Source: an uncultured Anaerolineaceae bacterium
GTDB lineage: Bacteria > Chloroflexota > Anaerolineae > Anaerolineales > UBA11579
Direction of reading: 5' to 3'
Length of the DNA stretch: 64,000 bases
Assembly (NCBI GenBank): GCA_964371335.1
Contig: CAYJMC010000005.1
Location: forward strand, 3,418 to 67,417
Position 1 is the first letter of the stretch. Each line of letters starts with the position of its first letter. This document shows, piece after piece, positions 9,640-19,729 of the stretch. Below the pieces are notes generated by a model, which saw only the letters and a list, made by a program, of their open reading frames with translations, was not told the origin of the DNA and did no database searches. The translations under genes were made by a program, and so were the position numbers.

Positions 9640-10401
9640 GTGACTGCGCCGCAACTCGAAAAACGCATCAGCCAAAATGCAGGGATTGAGGAAATCGAAG
9701 GGGTCTGGCGGCTGAGTCTGGAGCACAACCAAACTCTCTCCTATCGTCTGGCGCAGCTAGATGACTATGGTAGATTTTCTCGCTCCTCTTTTCCTCACCG
9801 GCCAAATCTGCACTTGTCGCTACAAGCCCGCGCGTCCAATAATAATCTTCCGGGCACTTGGGGCGCCGGTTTTTGGAACGATCCCTTTGGATTTTCACTT
9901 GGCTTTGGAACTTCGGCCGGGCGTTTGCCTGCCTTGCCCAATGCGGCATGGTTTTTCTTTGCGTCGCCAGAAAACCATCTAGCCTTTCACGATGGCTTGC
10001 CAGGCAACGGACCCATGGCGGCCGTGTATCGGTCACCGCACATCCCGGCGCCATTGATGGCCCTCAATCTTCCTCTGCTTCCCTTGTTGGCTTGGCCGCC
10101 CGGCTCGCGATGGTTACGCCGCCGCGCGGCCCAGTTCATCCGGCAAGAAGGCCTTGCACTGGAACTTGATCAGACTGCCTGGCATCGATTCGACATTGTT
10201 TGGGGAAAAGAAGCAGTCGGGTTCTCCGTCGATGGTAAAGACGTTTTAACAACTCGTCTCAGCCCACTCCCGCCATTAGGGCTGGTACTATGGATAGACA
10301 ACCAATACGCGGCCTGGCCACCCGATGGCCGCATGCGCTACGGCACGCTGCCCACTCCAGAGGTCTGCTGGGTGGAAATCAAAGACTTGCGTCTCAGCTA
10401 A
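9640..10401 (+). CDS. Hypothetical protein, first gene of the glycosyltransferase cluster
   Basis: 253-aa ORF, Trp/Pro-rich, no motif recognised. Same strand as the GT genes with a 9-nt gap before them. Confidence 0.55.
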   Translation: MTAPQLEKRISQNAGIEEIEGVWRLSLEHNQTLSYRLAQLDDYGRFSRSSFPHRPNLHLSLQARASNNNLPGTWGAGFWNDPFGFSLGFGTSAGRLPALPNAAWFFFASPENHLAFHDGLPGNGPMAAVYRSPHIPAPLMALNLPLLPLLAWPPGSRWLRRRAAQFIRQEGLALELDQTAWHRFDIVWGKEAVGFSVDGKDVLTTRLSPLPPLGLVLWIDNQYAAWPPDGRMRYGTLPTPEVCWVEIKDLRLS

Positions 10402-10410
10402 TTATTACAA

Positions 10411-11454
10411 TTGATCTCTTCCATGCAAACATCAAAAACCCTAAGGCGCGTTTGCCTGACCCCCCAGGTTTCAGGCGTTGGCGGAATGGTTAGTTTTCAA
10501 GCGAAACTGACGGCCGGCTTGGCCGCCCGCGACATCCAGAGTACTTTTGATTTGGCCGACAAAAACGTCGACGCGGTTCTTATTGTTGGCGGCACGCGGC
10601 AACTAGTTGCCTTGAATCGAATCCGCCGGCGCGGGATCCCAATCGTTCAGCGTCTGGATGGGATGAATTGGCTGCATCGCCACATGCGAACAGGCGCACG
10701 CCATTGGCTGCGCGCCGAAATAGGCAACTGGCTACTGGCTTACATTCGCGAGCGGATCGCCACTCGCGGCGTGTACCAGAGCCGCTTTGTCCAGGATTGG
10801 TGGCAACGCGTGCACGGCACGGGACCTGCAGACATGCGCATAATCCACAACGGGGTGGACTTAACTGTATTCCTTCCCGATAGCGCCACCAGCCCCCCCG
10901 GTGACCGCATTCGTATCTTGATGGTCGAAGGCAACCTGCAAGGAGGTTACGAAATTGGAATCGGCAGCGCGGTTGCGCTTGCTGAAACCCTCCAGGACCT
11001 TCCAAACAAGGTTGAACTTGTGGTGGCAGGTCAAGTCGAGGAGCAATTGAAAGCCAAATGGAGTCATCAGGCCAAGATAGTTATCGACTGGGCGGGGGTC
11101 ATTCCCAATCAGCAATTGCCTGAACTTTATCGCAGCGCCAATTTGCTTTTCTCCGGAGACATTAATGCCGCCTGCCCAAATTCTGTTATTGAGGCATTGG
11201 CCTGCGGCTTGCCCATATTGGCTTTCGATACCGGCGCTCTCAAAGAATTGGTCACGTCCCGGGCCGGACGGGTCGTCCCTTATGGTGGCGATCCATGGAA
11301 GCTGGACCCGCCAAACATCCAAGCTTTGGCCGACGGCGCGATGGAGATCCTCAAAAGCCGAGGGTCACTCAGCGCCGGAGCTCGCGCCCGCGCCGAGGAG
11401 GCCTTTGGCCTCGATCGCATGATCGATGCGTATATTGAGGTGCTAAGTGGCTAA
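10411..11454 (+). CDS. Glycosyltransferase family 4 (GT-B)
   Basis: The C-terminal half has the GT4 pattern (NAACPNSVIEALACGLPILAFDTGALKELV). Confidence 0.85.
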   Translation: MISSMQTSKTLRRVCLTPQVSGVGGMVSFQAKLTAGLAARDIQSTFDLADKNVDAVLIVGGTRQLVALNRIRRRGIPIVQRLDGMNWLHRHMRTGARHWLRAEIGNWLLAYIRERIATRGVYQSRFVQDWWQRVHGTGPADMRIIHNGVDLTVFLPDSATSPPGDRIRILMVEGNLQGGYEIGIGSAVALAETLQDLPNKVELVVAGQVEEQLKAKWSHQAKIVIDWAGVIPNQQLPELYRSANLLFSGDINAACPNSVIEALACGLPILAFDTGALKELVTSRAGRVVPYGGDPWKLDPPNIQALADGAMEILKSRGSLSAGARARAEEAFGLDRMIDAYIEVLSG

Positions 11455-12301
11455 TCCGCTGCTTTCGCTGGCCGCGGCGGCCGCGCGCTGGCTGCCTGCT
11501 TCAATGAAACGGGCGCTCTATCGTCTGGGCCCGGGGAGTTCAGCATTGCGCTCAATGCTGAACCGCGCCGCGCCTAAGGGCTTAATCGAAATCGAGGTGG
11601 CTGGCGGCCTACTGGCGGGCGTGCCTCTGTGGCTGGATTTGCAGACCGAGAAGGATTATTGGCTGGGCACCTACGAATTGGATCTGCAGCAAGCCGTTCA
11701 CGATCTGGCAAAACCAGGCATGGTTGCCTATGATCTAGGCGCAAATATTGGCTATATCAGTTTCCTGTTGGCCAAGGAAGTTGGATCCGGTGGCAAAGTG
11801 TTTGCTTTTGAACCATTGCCTGCCAACCAGGAGCGCTTACGCAAAAACATGTTTTTAAATCCCACGTTGAAGATTGAACTAATTCCCAAAGCTGTGGCTG
11901 AGGCCAGCGGGAACCGGCAATTCCTGGTTCACAATTCTGGAGGAATGGGGAAAATAGAGGGAGCGGAAGGTAGAGAAATGCAATACCGAAATATGATCGA
12001 TGTTGATTGCGTCGCTCTGGACGATTTTGTTTTCAAGCAAGGCAATCCGAATCCAAACCTGGTCAAAATAGACGTTGAGGGCGGAGAAGGCTTGGCCCTG
12101 CAAGGAATGATTCGCTTACTCCAAGAAACGAAACCGTTGTTCATCATCGAGTTGCACGGCCAGAAGGCCGCGGAAACCTGCTGGGAAATCCTGACCAAAG
12201 CCGCTTACACCATCCGCAATTTGGCAAAGGGAAACCAACAAGTTTCGGATGGTTCGAAGCTGGACTGGAAAAGCTACATTTTGGCGAAGCCCAACGCATG
12301 A
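11447..12301 (+). CDS. FkbM-family methyltransferase
   Basis: AYDLGANIGYISFLLA...VFAFEPLPAN motif. Overlaps the neighbouring GT genes by 8 and 4 nt. Confidence 0.85.
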   Translation: MANPLLSLAAAAARWLPASMKRALYRLGPGSSALRSMLNRAAPKGLIEIEVAGGLLAGVPLWLDLQTEKDYWLGTYELDLQQAVHDLAKPGMVAYDLGANIGYISFLLAKEVGSGGKVFAFEPLPANQERLRKNMFLNPTLKIELIPKAVAEASGNRQFLVHNSGGMGKIEGAEGREMQYRNMIDVDCVALDDFVFKQGNPNPNLVKIDVEGGEGLALQGMIRLLQETKPLFIIELHGQKAAETCWEILTKAAYTIRNLAKGNQQVSDGSKLDWKSYILAKPNA

Positions 12302-13401
12302 ACACCTACAAAGGCCGGGTAGGCATTGTCCAACGTGTCCTGCCCCGCTATCGCGCCGCGTTTTTCGATCTACTGGCGCAGCATTGCCAGGGCGACCTCG
12401 GCGTTTTTGCGGGAACCGCCCGCCCCGGTGAACATATTCCGCCAGCAGAACAGCTGGAGGTCGCCAAGTGGACCCGCGCCGACAATCAGCATCTTTTCGG
12501 CGGGCCTGTTTACCTTTGCCTGCAAAAAGGACTGACTGAATGGTTGGAAGAATGGGATCCCGATGTACTAATCGTAGAGGCCAATCCCCGTTACTTATCC
12601 ACACCGGCGGCAATCCAAGTAATGAAAAGCCAACTTCGCCCCGTAATTGGTTGGGGAATGGGCGCGCCTGAGCCTCACGGTCCACTGGCAGGCTGGCAAA
12701 TTCGGTGGCGCAAACGTTTCCTGAAACAATTCGACGCGCTGATCACCTATAGCCAGCGTGGTGCTGCAGAATATCGCAGCCTGGGCTTCCCGCTTGAAAA
12801 CATTTTCGTAGCGACGAACAGCGTCGTTGCCAGACCGGTTAACGCACCTCCGCATCGCGGGGAGGGACAAGCCGGCCGGATCACTGTCTTATATGTTGGC
12901 CGCTTGCAGAAACGAAAGCGTGTAGACGCGCTGATCGAAGCTTGCGCGAAACTTCCAATAGAGATCCAACCGAAATTGCGGATTGTTGGAAACGGTCCGG
13001 CCGGTGCGGCTTTAACAAGACTGGCCAAGGAGGTATACCCTCGGACCGAATTCACGGGATCCCGATTTGGCAAAGAATTAGATCGACTCTTTGACCAAGC
13101 CGATCTATTTGTATTACCTGGTACCGGCGGCCTCGCCGTCCAGCAGGCGATGGCGCACGGCTTGCCCGTGATCGTAGCCGAGGGCGACGGCAGCCAGCAA
13201 GACCTGGTGCAGCCAGATAATGGTTGGCTCATTAAGCCAAGTGACGACACAGTCCTGCAGCAAGTTTTAACCATGGCCCTAAGGGATCCAAAGCGCTTGC
13301 GCAAAATGGGAGAAAAATCTTTCGAGTTGGTTCAAACAAAATTCAATTTACAAAATATGGCTGACGCTTTTGTGAATGCCATCAACCGGGTGGCTGACTG
13401 A
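12298..13401 (+). CDS. Glycosyltransferase family 4
   Basis: GT-B C-terminal pattern (LFVLPGTGGLAVQQAMAHGLPVIVAEGDGSQQDLV). Confidence 0.85.
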   Translation: MNTYKGRVGIVQRVLPRYRAAFFDLLAQHCQGDLGVFAGTARPGEHIPPAEQLEVAKWTRADNQHLFGGPVYLCLQKGLTEWLEEWDPDVLIVEANPRYLSTPAAIQVMKSQLRPVIGWGMGAPEPHGPLAGWQIRWRKRFLKQFDALITYSQRGAAEYRSLGFPLENIFVATNSVVARPVNAPPHRGEGQAGRITVLYVGRLQKRKRVDALIEACAKLPIEIQPKLRIVGNGPAGAALTRLAKEVYPRTEFTGSRFGKELDRLFDQADLFVLPGTGGLAVQQAMAHGLPVIVAEGDGSQQDLVQPDNGWLIKPSDDTVLQQVLTMALRDPKRLRKMGEKSFELVQTKFNLQNMADAFVNAINRVAD

Positions 13402-14573
13402 TGCGCATCCTTTTTGTGGCAGACGGCCGCTCCCCCACCGCATTGAGTTGGATCGAATATTTTGTGAAAGGCGGGCACGAAGTCCATTTGGCCAGCACGT
13501 TTGATTGCGACCCGGCGCTGCCATTGGCGTCGTTTCACTTCGTGCCAGTGGCCTACAGCGCGGCAGCGACAGCAAACCCTTCACATCGTAGCGGGCTGAG
13601 GAAGAGCTTGCCTACAGAATTACGCACAAGACTACGCAACTGGGTGGGTCCCTTCACGCTGCGGAACGCGGGCCGCCAACTGCGCGCCGTGATCGATCAG
13701 GTGAAGCCGAATCTAGTCCACGCCATGCGCATCCCTTACGAAGGCATGTTGACTGCAGCAGCAAGACCACCGATGCCCCTGGTCATTTCCGTATGGGGCA
13801 ATGATTTCACCTTGCACGCACGCTCGAATCCTTTCATGGCCGCCGCTACCCGCAGCGCCATGCGCCGCGCCGATGCGCTGCATAGTGATACCCGGCGTGA
13901 CCTGCGCCTGGCACAGACGTATGGATTCAGTAGCGAAAGACCAAGCCTGATCGCCCCGGGCAACGGTGGAATTCGCAGCGAAATCTTCTATCCGTTGCCG
14001 GACGATGCCGACGAGGGTATCACCGTAGCGCGGCTACGCGTGATCAATCCACGCGGCCTGCGGGCATACGTTCGCAACGACGTTTTTTTCCAGGCCATTC
14101 CCAAAGTGTTGATCCAGCGTCCCGAAGTGCGCTTTTACTGCCCGAGCATGGAGGGCGAACCCGAGGCGCAACGCTGGGTGGAGAGATTGAGGATTGGCGA
14201 TTACGTGAGCCTGATGCCCAAGCTTAGTCCCCGGGCTCTGGCCGACAGCTATCATTCCGCCCAGGTGATGGTATCGCCGAGCACCCACGATGGCACGCCA
14301 AATAGTTTGCTTGAAGCGATGGCCTGCAGCGCGTTCCCAATATGCGGAGATTTGGAATCGATCCGCGAGTGGATTACCCACGGAGAAAATGGACTGCTGG
14401 TGGACCCCACAAATCCCAAATCATTAGCAGACGCCATCGTATGGGCATTGAAGGACAGCCGCATGCGAAAACGCGCTGCGAAAATCAACGCCCAAATCGT
14501 TGCTGAGCGCGCGGATTACAACAGGAATATGGATATGGCTGAGAACTTTTACCAAAAAGTATTAGGGAAGTAA
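13401..14573 (+). CDS. Glycosyltransferase family 4
   Basis: MRILFVADG N-terminus and PSTHDGTPNSLLEAMACSAFPICGDL...NGLLV C-terminal GT4 pattern. Confidence 0.85.
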   Translation: MRILFVADGRSPTALSWIEYFVKGGHEVHLASTFDCDPALPLASFHFVPVAYSAAATANPSHRSGLRKSLPTELRTRLRNWVGPFTLRNAGRQLRAVIDQVKPNLVHAMRIPYEGMLTAAARPPMPLVISVWGNDFTLHARSNPFMAAATRSAMRRADALHSDTRRDLRLAQTYGFSSERPSLIAPGNGGIRSEIFYPLPDDADEGITVARLRVINPRGLRAYVRNDVFFQAIPKVLIQRPEVRFYCPSMEGEPEAQRWVERLRIGDYVSLMPKLSPRALADSYHSAQVMVSPSTHDGTPNSLLEAMACSAFPICGDLESIREWITHGENGLLVDPTNPKSLADAIVWALKDSRMRKRAAKINAQIVAERADYNRNMDMAENFYQKVLGK

Positions 14574-14597
14574 TGGCTCTCGGTTTTTAGACGAAAT

Positions 14598-14623
14598 AAA
14601 GAGCGGGCCAGCCCGCTCTTTTC
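14598..14623. terminator. Bidirectional hairpin terminator between the convergent GT cluster and lpd
   Basis: AAAGAGCGGG-CCAG-CCCGCTCTTT stem-loop flanked by A-run and T-run. Confidence 0.8.
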
Positions 14624-14633
14624 ATAATCCAAT

Positions 14634-16031
14634 CTACGTATGGATGGCGTGCCCTTCGGCCACGTGCGCCACTTCCATCAAGACCTCGGTCAGGCTTGGG
14701 TGTGCGTGTACATTGCGCGAAATTTCCGCAGCCGTAAGCTCCGCCATTTGAGCGATGGTTAGCTCGGGCAGCAGTTCAGTGACTTCGGGGCCGATCATGT
14801 GAGCGCCAAGGATCTCCCCATAGCGCACATCGGTAATCAACTTTACCCAACCGGCATAATCTGCCAGCCCCAAGGCTTTCCCGTTTGCCTGGAAATTGAA
14901 GCGGCTCACTTTCACTTCGTGGCCCGCCTCTTTTGCCTGGGCTTCCGTAAGGCCGAAGGACGCCACCTGCGGGTGGCAATAGGTAGCACGCGGCATCATG
15001 CGGTAATCCAACTGGATAGTTTCCACGCCGGCAATATTCTCGGCGCAGACAATGCCCATCGCCGAGCCAACGTGCGCCAGCATCAACTTTGCAGTCACGT
15101 CGCCAATGGCCCAGATGCCGGGGATATTTGTGGACATGTGCTCGTCGATCAGGATTTCTCCACGCTGACCCAGCTTGACGCCAACTTTTTCCAGTCCGAG
15201 GTCTTTCGTGTTTGGTCTGAATCCAATTGCGAGCAAAACTTGATCAGCTTCAAGGGTTTCCGATCCGCCCTTCCCTGAAACCGTTACTTTTACTTTCGTT
15301 TTTGTCTTCTCTACTTTTTCCAATTTGGTGGCAGTCTTAACCACAATGCCGTCTTTGGTCATCGCTTTGGCCAGTTCTTTACTGACCTCTTCATCTTCGA
15401 GTGGCGCAATGCGATCGAGCATTTCAACCAGGGTCACTTCACTGCCGTAAGAGTTCCATACGGTGGCGAATTCCAAACCAATGGCGCCACCGCCAACTAT
15501 GATCACAAACTTTGGCAATTTCTCCTGGAGGATAGCGGGCCAATAAGTAAGCACTTGCTCATTATCAGGTTCAACGCCGGGAACGCTTATCGCGCTGGCC
15601 CCGGTTGCTATGACGATGTTTTTCGCCTTGTGCTCCGCTGTTTCGCCTTTCCCATTTGTTACAAACACGGTGTCCTTGGCAGTCAGTTTTGCCGTGCCCA
15701 TATGAACGTCGATCTTGTTCTTCTTCATCAAAAACTCAACGCCCTTGACCAGACGCTCAGAAACTCTGCGACTGCGCTTGACTGCTGAGGCGTAGTCCAG
15801 TTTTAGTTCCTTGAACGAGAAACCGAATTCTTCGCCTTTGGTCCGTAAGGTGTGTGCCACTTCGGCATTTTTGAGCAATGCTTTAGAAGGAATGCAGCCC
15901 ACATTCAAACAGACTCCGCCCAAGAATTCTTTATCCACAATGCCAACCTTTTGGCCGAGTTGAGCGGCACGGATTGCGGCGACGTAGCCCGCTGGGCCGG
16001 CGCCGATAACAAGCACGTCGTAGTTAGCCAT
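14634..16031 (-). CDS. lpdA: Dihydrolipoyl dehydrogenase (E3)
   Basis: FAD fold VIGAGPAGYVAAIRAAQLG, redox disulfide GGVCLNVGCIPSK and a C-terminal HAHPSLTE dimer-interface motif. Confidence 0.93.
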   Translation of the reverse strand: MANYDVLVIGAGPAGYVAAIRAAQLGQKVGIVDKEFLGGVCLNVGCIPSKALLKNAEVAHTLRTKGEEFGFSFKELKLDYASAVKRSRRVSERLVKGVEFLMKKNKIDVHMGTAKLTAKDTVFVTNGKGETAEHKAKNIVIATGASAISVPGVEPDNEQVLTYWPAILQEKLPKFVIIVGGGAIGLEFATVWNSYGSEVTLVEMLDRIAPLEDEEVSKELAKAMTKDGIVVKTATKLEKVEKTKTKVKVTVSGKGGSETLEADQVLLAIGFRPNTKDLGLEKVGVKLGQRGEILIDEHMSTNIPGIWAIGDVTAKLMLAHVGSAMGIVCAENIAGVETIQLDYRMMPRATYCHPQVASFGLTEAQAKEAGHEVKVSRFNFQANGKALGLADYAGWVKLITDVRYGEILGAHMIGPEVTELLPELTIAQMAELTAAEISRNVHAHPSLTEVLMEVAHVAEGHAIHT

Positions 16032-16055
16032 GATTACCTCTTTGATTCTTCTGGG

Positions 16056-17558
16056 CTAAGCCCAATTCTCTAGTGTGTATTTAACAGTTCCCAGGAAATA
16101 ATCTGCCACGGCGCCGTCAAGTATACGGTGGTCAAACGTCAAACCAAGATAGACCATCGGGCGGATGGCAATGGCATCATTGATTACCACCACCCGCTTT
16201 TGGATCACTCCCACACCCAAGATAGCGCATTGCGGTTGGTTGATGATTGGCGTGGCAAAGAGGGAGCCGCTGGTCCCATGGTTGGTGATCGTGATGGTGC
16301 CGCCCTGGACTTCCTCGGGTTTTAATTGTTTGGCGCGCGCACGACCGGAAAGATCATTCACTGTGCGAGCTAGGTCCAACAAAGATAACGCCGCCGCATT
16401 TTTAACCACCGGAACAATGAGCCCATCCGGGTCCAGTGCGGTGGCAACGCCGACATTGACCTGTCCATGCACCGCCACCCCTTCCTCGGACCAGGACGAA
16501 TTCACAATCGGATAAGCCTGACAGGCAGCCACGATAGCAGCTACAAAGTAAGCGGTGAAGGTAAGGTTGACTCCCTGATCGGCAAAACTGGCTTTGTTTG
16601 CCGTTCGATGAGCCGAGACAGCGCTCATGTCTGCTTCCATGATAGTCGTGACATGCGGCGATATGGTCTTGCTTCGAATCATATGTTCGGCAATTGCCTT
16701 GCGCACAGGATTCAGCTTCATCACGGTACCAGGAACCGCATCAGGGAAAGCAACCGGGAATTGAGGCTTGGTAGCCGGCGCCGGGGCCAAGCGAACCAGA
16801 GACAGGCCCCCGCTGGCCAGTACGGCTTCGATGTCCTTCTTGGTGACTCGCCCACCCCCGCCGCTGCCCTGAATGCGTGAAACATCCAGGTTGTGTTCTT
16901 GGGCGAGTTTCTTGACGACGGGAGAGAGAAATGTCGCCATATTTTGCCCATCGAACTTCGGCAGGTGAACTTGGCCGCTAGAAACTTGAACAGTAGCCTC
17001 TCCACCTGAGCGCACAAAGGCAAGAACATCATCTTTGGTGATGCGTCCGCCGGGGCCGCTGCCGCGAACGTTCGCAAGATTGACCTTGTTTTCTGCTGCA
17101 ATGCGAGCGACGAGCGGGGAAACGGGCGCGTTTCCAGCAGCGCCACCTGAAACAGTTGCCGGTCTTGCCGCGTGGGCAACTGGCAAGGGCCCCGACACGG
17201 CAGGTAGAGGCTGAATGGCTGGGGCAGCGGGAAGCGGTTGCGGAGCAGGCGCAGCCTTTTCCACCGATGGCTTGGCAGCCGCCTTCGCCTCAGCGCCGCC
17301 ATCTTCCGGGATTTCTTCACCCGGTTTGCCAATCCAACCAAGAACGCTGTTTACCGGTGCGGTATTTCCTTCCGCAACCAGAATCTTCAAAACCGTCCCG
17401 GCAGTCGGACTTGGTATCTCAGTATCTACCTTATCAGTATTGATTTCAACCAGTGGTTCATATTCCTTAACTTCGTCCCCTTCTTTTTTCAGCCAGCGCG
17501 TGACGGTAGCTTCAATAACCCCTTCCCCTGTCTGAGGTAATGTAACCTTGGTGGCCAT
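16056..17558 (-). CDS. Dihydrolipoamide acyltransferase (E2) with one lipoyl domain and two subunit-binding domains
   Basis: Lipoyl-Lys context EINTDKVDTEIPSP. Two PSBD copies (PLVARIAAENKVNLANVRGSGPGGRITKDDV and PVVKKLAQEHNLDVSRIQGSGGGGRVTKKDI). Catalytic DHRILDG motif. ATG 17558 lies 4 nt after the upstream TAA. Confidence 0.9.
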   Translation of the reverse strand: MATKVTLPQTGEGVIEATVTRWLKKEGDEVKEYEPLVEINTDKVDTEIPSPTAGTVLKILVAEGNTAPVNSVLGWIGKPGEEIPEDGGAEAKAAAKPSVEKAAPAPQPLPAAPAIQPLPAVSGPLPVAHAARPATVSGGAAGNAPVSPLVARIAAENKVNLANVRGSGPGGRITKDDVLAFVRSGGEATVQVSSGQVHLPKFDGQNMATFLSPVVKKLAQEHNLDVSRIQGSGGGGRVTKKDIEAVLASGGLSLVRLAPAPATKPQFPVAFPDAVPGTVMKLNPVRKAIAEHMIRSKTISPHVTTIMEADMSAVSAHRTANKASFADQGVNLTFTAYFVAAIVAACQAYPIVNSSWSEEGVAVHGQVNVGVATALDPDGLIVPVVKNAAALSLLDLARTVNDLSGRARAKQLKPEEVQGGTITITNHGTSGSLFATPIINQPQCAILGVGVIQKRVVVINDAIAIRPMVYLGLTFDHRILDGAVADYFLGTVKYTLENWA

Positions 17559-17562
17559 ATTT

Positions 17563-19569
17563 TTATCGGCTAATTCTCTCGGCAATAATTTCTGCTACGT
17601 CCACCAATTGTAATTCAGGCGCTTCGGACTTCGCCGCATCGGTAAGCATGATCATGCAAAATGGGCAGCCAACCGCCAGGGTCTGGGCACCGACATCCTT
17701 GGCCTGACGAATGCGCTCCGTACTCACACGGGTTGTGCCTTGCTCTTCTTCTTTCCACATTTGGGCGCCGCCTGCGCCGCAACAGAAGGACTGCTTTCGG
17801 CTCTTGGCCATCTCTACTAATTCAGCATCGATTGAATTGAAAATACGGCGTGGCTCTACGAGCACCCCATTCTGGCGTCCGAGATAACAAGGGTCGTGAA
17901 AAGTCATTTGCTCGGAAGCCCCGGCCTTAACCTTCAGCCGGCCGGACTTAATCAATTCGTCAATAAATTCTGTGTGGTGCACAACGTCGTAATTGCCGCC
18001 AAATTGCGGATACTCCTTTTCGAGCGTGTGCATGCAATGCGGGCAGGTGGTCAATATACGTTTCGGAGCCACTGCGTTCAACATCTCCACGTTGGCGGTG
18101 GCTAATTCATTGAACAGGAATTCATTGCCGGCGCGGCGGGCGGAATCTCCCGTGCATTGCTCTCGTTGCCCTAAGACCGCAAAATTTACATTGGCTGCCT
18201 GAAGAATCTGCACCAGTGCGCGAGCGGTCTTCTGGGCGCGGGCATCGGTGGCGGGTGCGCAACCAACCCACCACAGAATCTCCGGACTGGGATTCTGCTC
18301 GATGGTCGGCACATTCAATCCCTCGGCCCATTTGAGGCGCTCAGTTGGCGGAACGTTCCATGGATTCACGCTACGCTCCATGCCGCGGAAGGCGACCTGC
18401 CATTGGTCGGGCGCCTTGTTTTCCATCAACACCATTGAACGGCGTATATCCATGATGTCGCGCATCGGGTCGTTACCTACTGGGCAGATATCCGTACAGG
18501 CGCCGCAAGCAGTACAAGCGAGCACAGCTTCCTCTGTAATAGCAAATTCAAGCAAGGGTTTAGTGCTTGCCTCGCCTTTTGCCAGCCGCGCACCCTCTTC
18601 ATTGATGAAATAGCGCTTGTTGATTTCCAGCGCGGCAGGCGAAAGCACTTTGCCTGTGTTGTATGCCGGGCAGGCATCCTGGCAACGGTTACACATAATG
18701 CAAGCGTAAGCGTCGAGGATTTGGTGCCAGGCAAAATCTTCGATACGGGTAGCTCCGAATTGCTCGACCGTTGTGTCTTCGAAATTGAGCTTGTCGAGTT
18801 GTCCCGGAGAAGGCCGCTGCGGACGCAATAAAAAGTTGAGTGGCGCCATGAAGATATGGATGTGCTTGGAATAAAGGAAATAAGGGAAGAAGGCCATGAT
18901 GAGGCCGATAGCCAGCCAAAAACTTACATGTTCTCCGAAGACCAAAGCGGAATTCGACCATCCGGATAAGAAACTGGAAGCTGCGCTGGCGAATGGATGC
19001 CAGGCATCATGTCCATTCAGAGCCAGCTTGAAGGTTTGTCCAGCAAAACGTCCGCCAACATGGAGCAAGATGAACAGGCCAACGATGAGCGAATCTCGGC
19101 GGATGCCCGCGCGGGCTTTGGGGTGAACCAAAGTAGACTCGCGAATGCGCAACTCGGGGGCACGCACCACGAAGCGGCGCAGCAGCAACGCGCTCATCCC
19201 TACAAGCGCGGAAGCGCTGAGTAGGTCTGCTAACAAACGATACACATTGCCGACAATGCTTGTACCGAGGAAGACAAAGTTGGGTAGCAATCCCTCCAGC
19301 GAATCGCCGATATTGACAAACAAATAGAACATGAAGGCCCAAACTACCATGGCATGCAAAACGCTGATGATCAGTCGTTTCCGCCACGTGGGAGTGAGAG
19401 CTACGGTTTTGATGGCGGTGTCCAGCAGACGGCGGGGAAGCAGCTTCCAATCAGGCTTGCTGTGGCCGCGGCCGATGATTCGCACTATGCGCACCGCCGC
19501 GCGAAACACCAAACCTGCAGTGATTAGGGCTGCAAGGATGAAGATGATTTTTTCAGGAAGAGTCAGCAT
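17563..19569 (-). CDS. Membrane-anchored Fe-S oxidoreductase with two CCG domains (HdrD/DsrK/GlpC-like fused to an N-terminal polytopic domain)
   Basis: About 6 predicted TM helices at the N-terminus. Ferredoxin motifs CIMCNRCQDACP and CTACGACTDICP. Cysteine-rich CCG-type motifs CTGD, TTCPHC, DPCYLGR, CCGAGG and GCPFC. Confidence 0.85.
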   Translation of the reverse strand: MLTLPEKIIFILAALITAGLVFRAAVRIVRIIGRGHSKPDWKLLPRRLLDTAIKTVALTPTWRKRLIISVLHAMVVWAFMFYLFVNIGDSLEGLLPNFVFLGTSIVGNVYRLLADLLSASALVGMSALLLRRFVVRAPELRIRESTLVHPKARAGIRRDSLIVGLFILLHVGGRFAGQTFKLALNGHDAWHPFASAASSFLSGWSNSALVFGEHVSFWLAIGLIMAFFPYFLYSKHIHIFMAPLNFLLRPQRPSPGQLDKLNFEDTTVEQFGATRIEDFAWHQILDAYACIMCNRCQDACPAYNTGKVLSPAALEINKRYFINEEGARLAKGEASTKPLLEFAITEEAVLACTACGACTDICPVGNDPMRDIMDIRRSMVLMENKAPDQWQVAFRGMERSVNPWNVPPTERLKWAEGLNVPTIEQNPSPEILWWVGCAPATDARAQKTARALVQILQAANVNFAVLGQREQCTGDSARRAGNEFLFNELATANVEMLNAVAPKRILTTCPHCMHTLEKEYPQFGGNYDVVHHTEFIDELIKSGRLKVKAGASEQMTFHDPCYLGRQNGVLVEPRRIFNSIDAELVEMAKSRKQSFCCGAGGAQMWKEEEQGTTRVSTERIRQAKDVGAQTLAVGCPFCMIMLTDAAKSEAPELQLVDVAEIIAERISR

Positions 19570-19729
19570 AGGGGCAAAAAGGCGAGCAGAGTCAGTTTAC
19601 CATAGACAAAATGGCGGCTAATAGCCGCCATTGTTATGGATAAAAGGGAGATGTTGCTACTTTTTCGGGGGGACGACCCATCTTGACAAGATTGAAGATA
19701 TGTCAAGGAAGCATTCCCCAAAAATTTAC

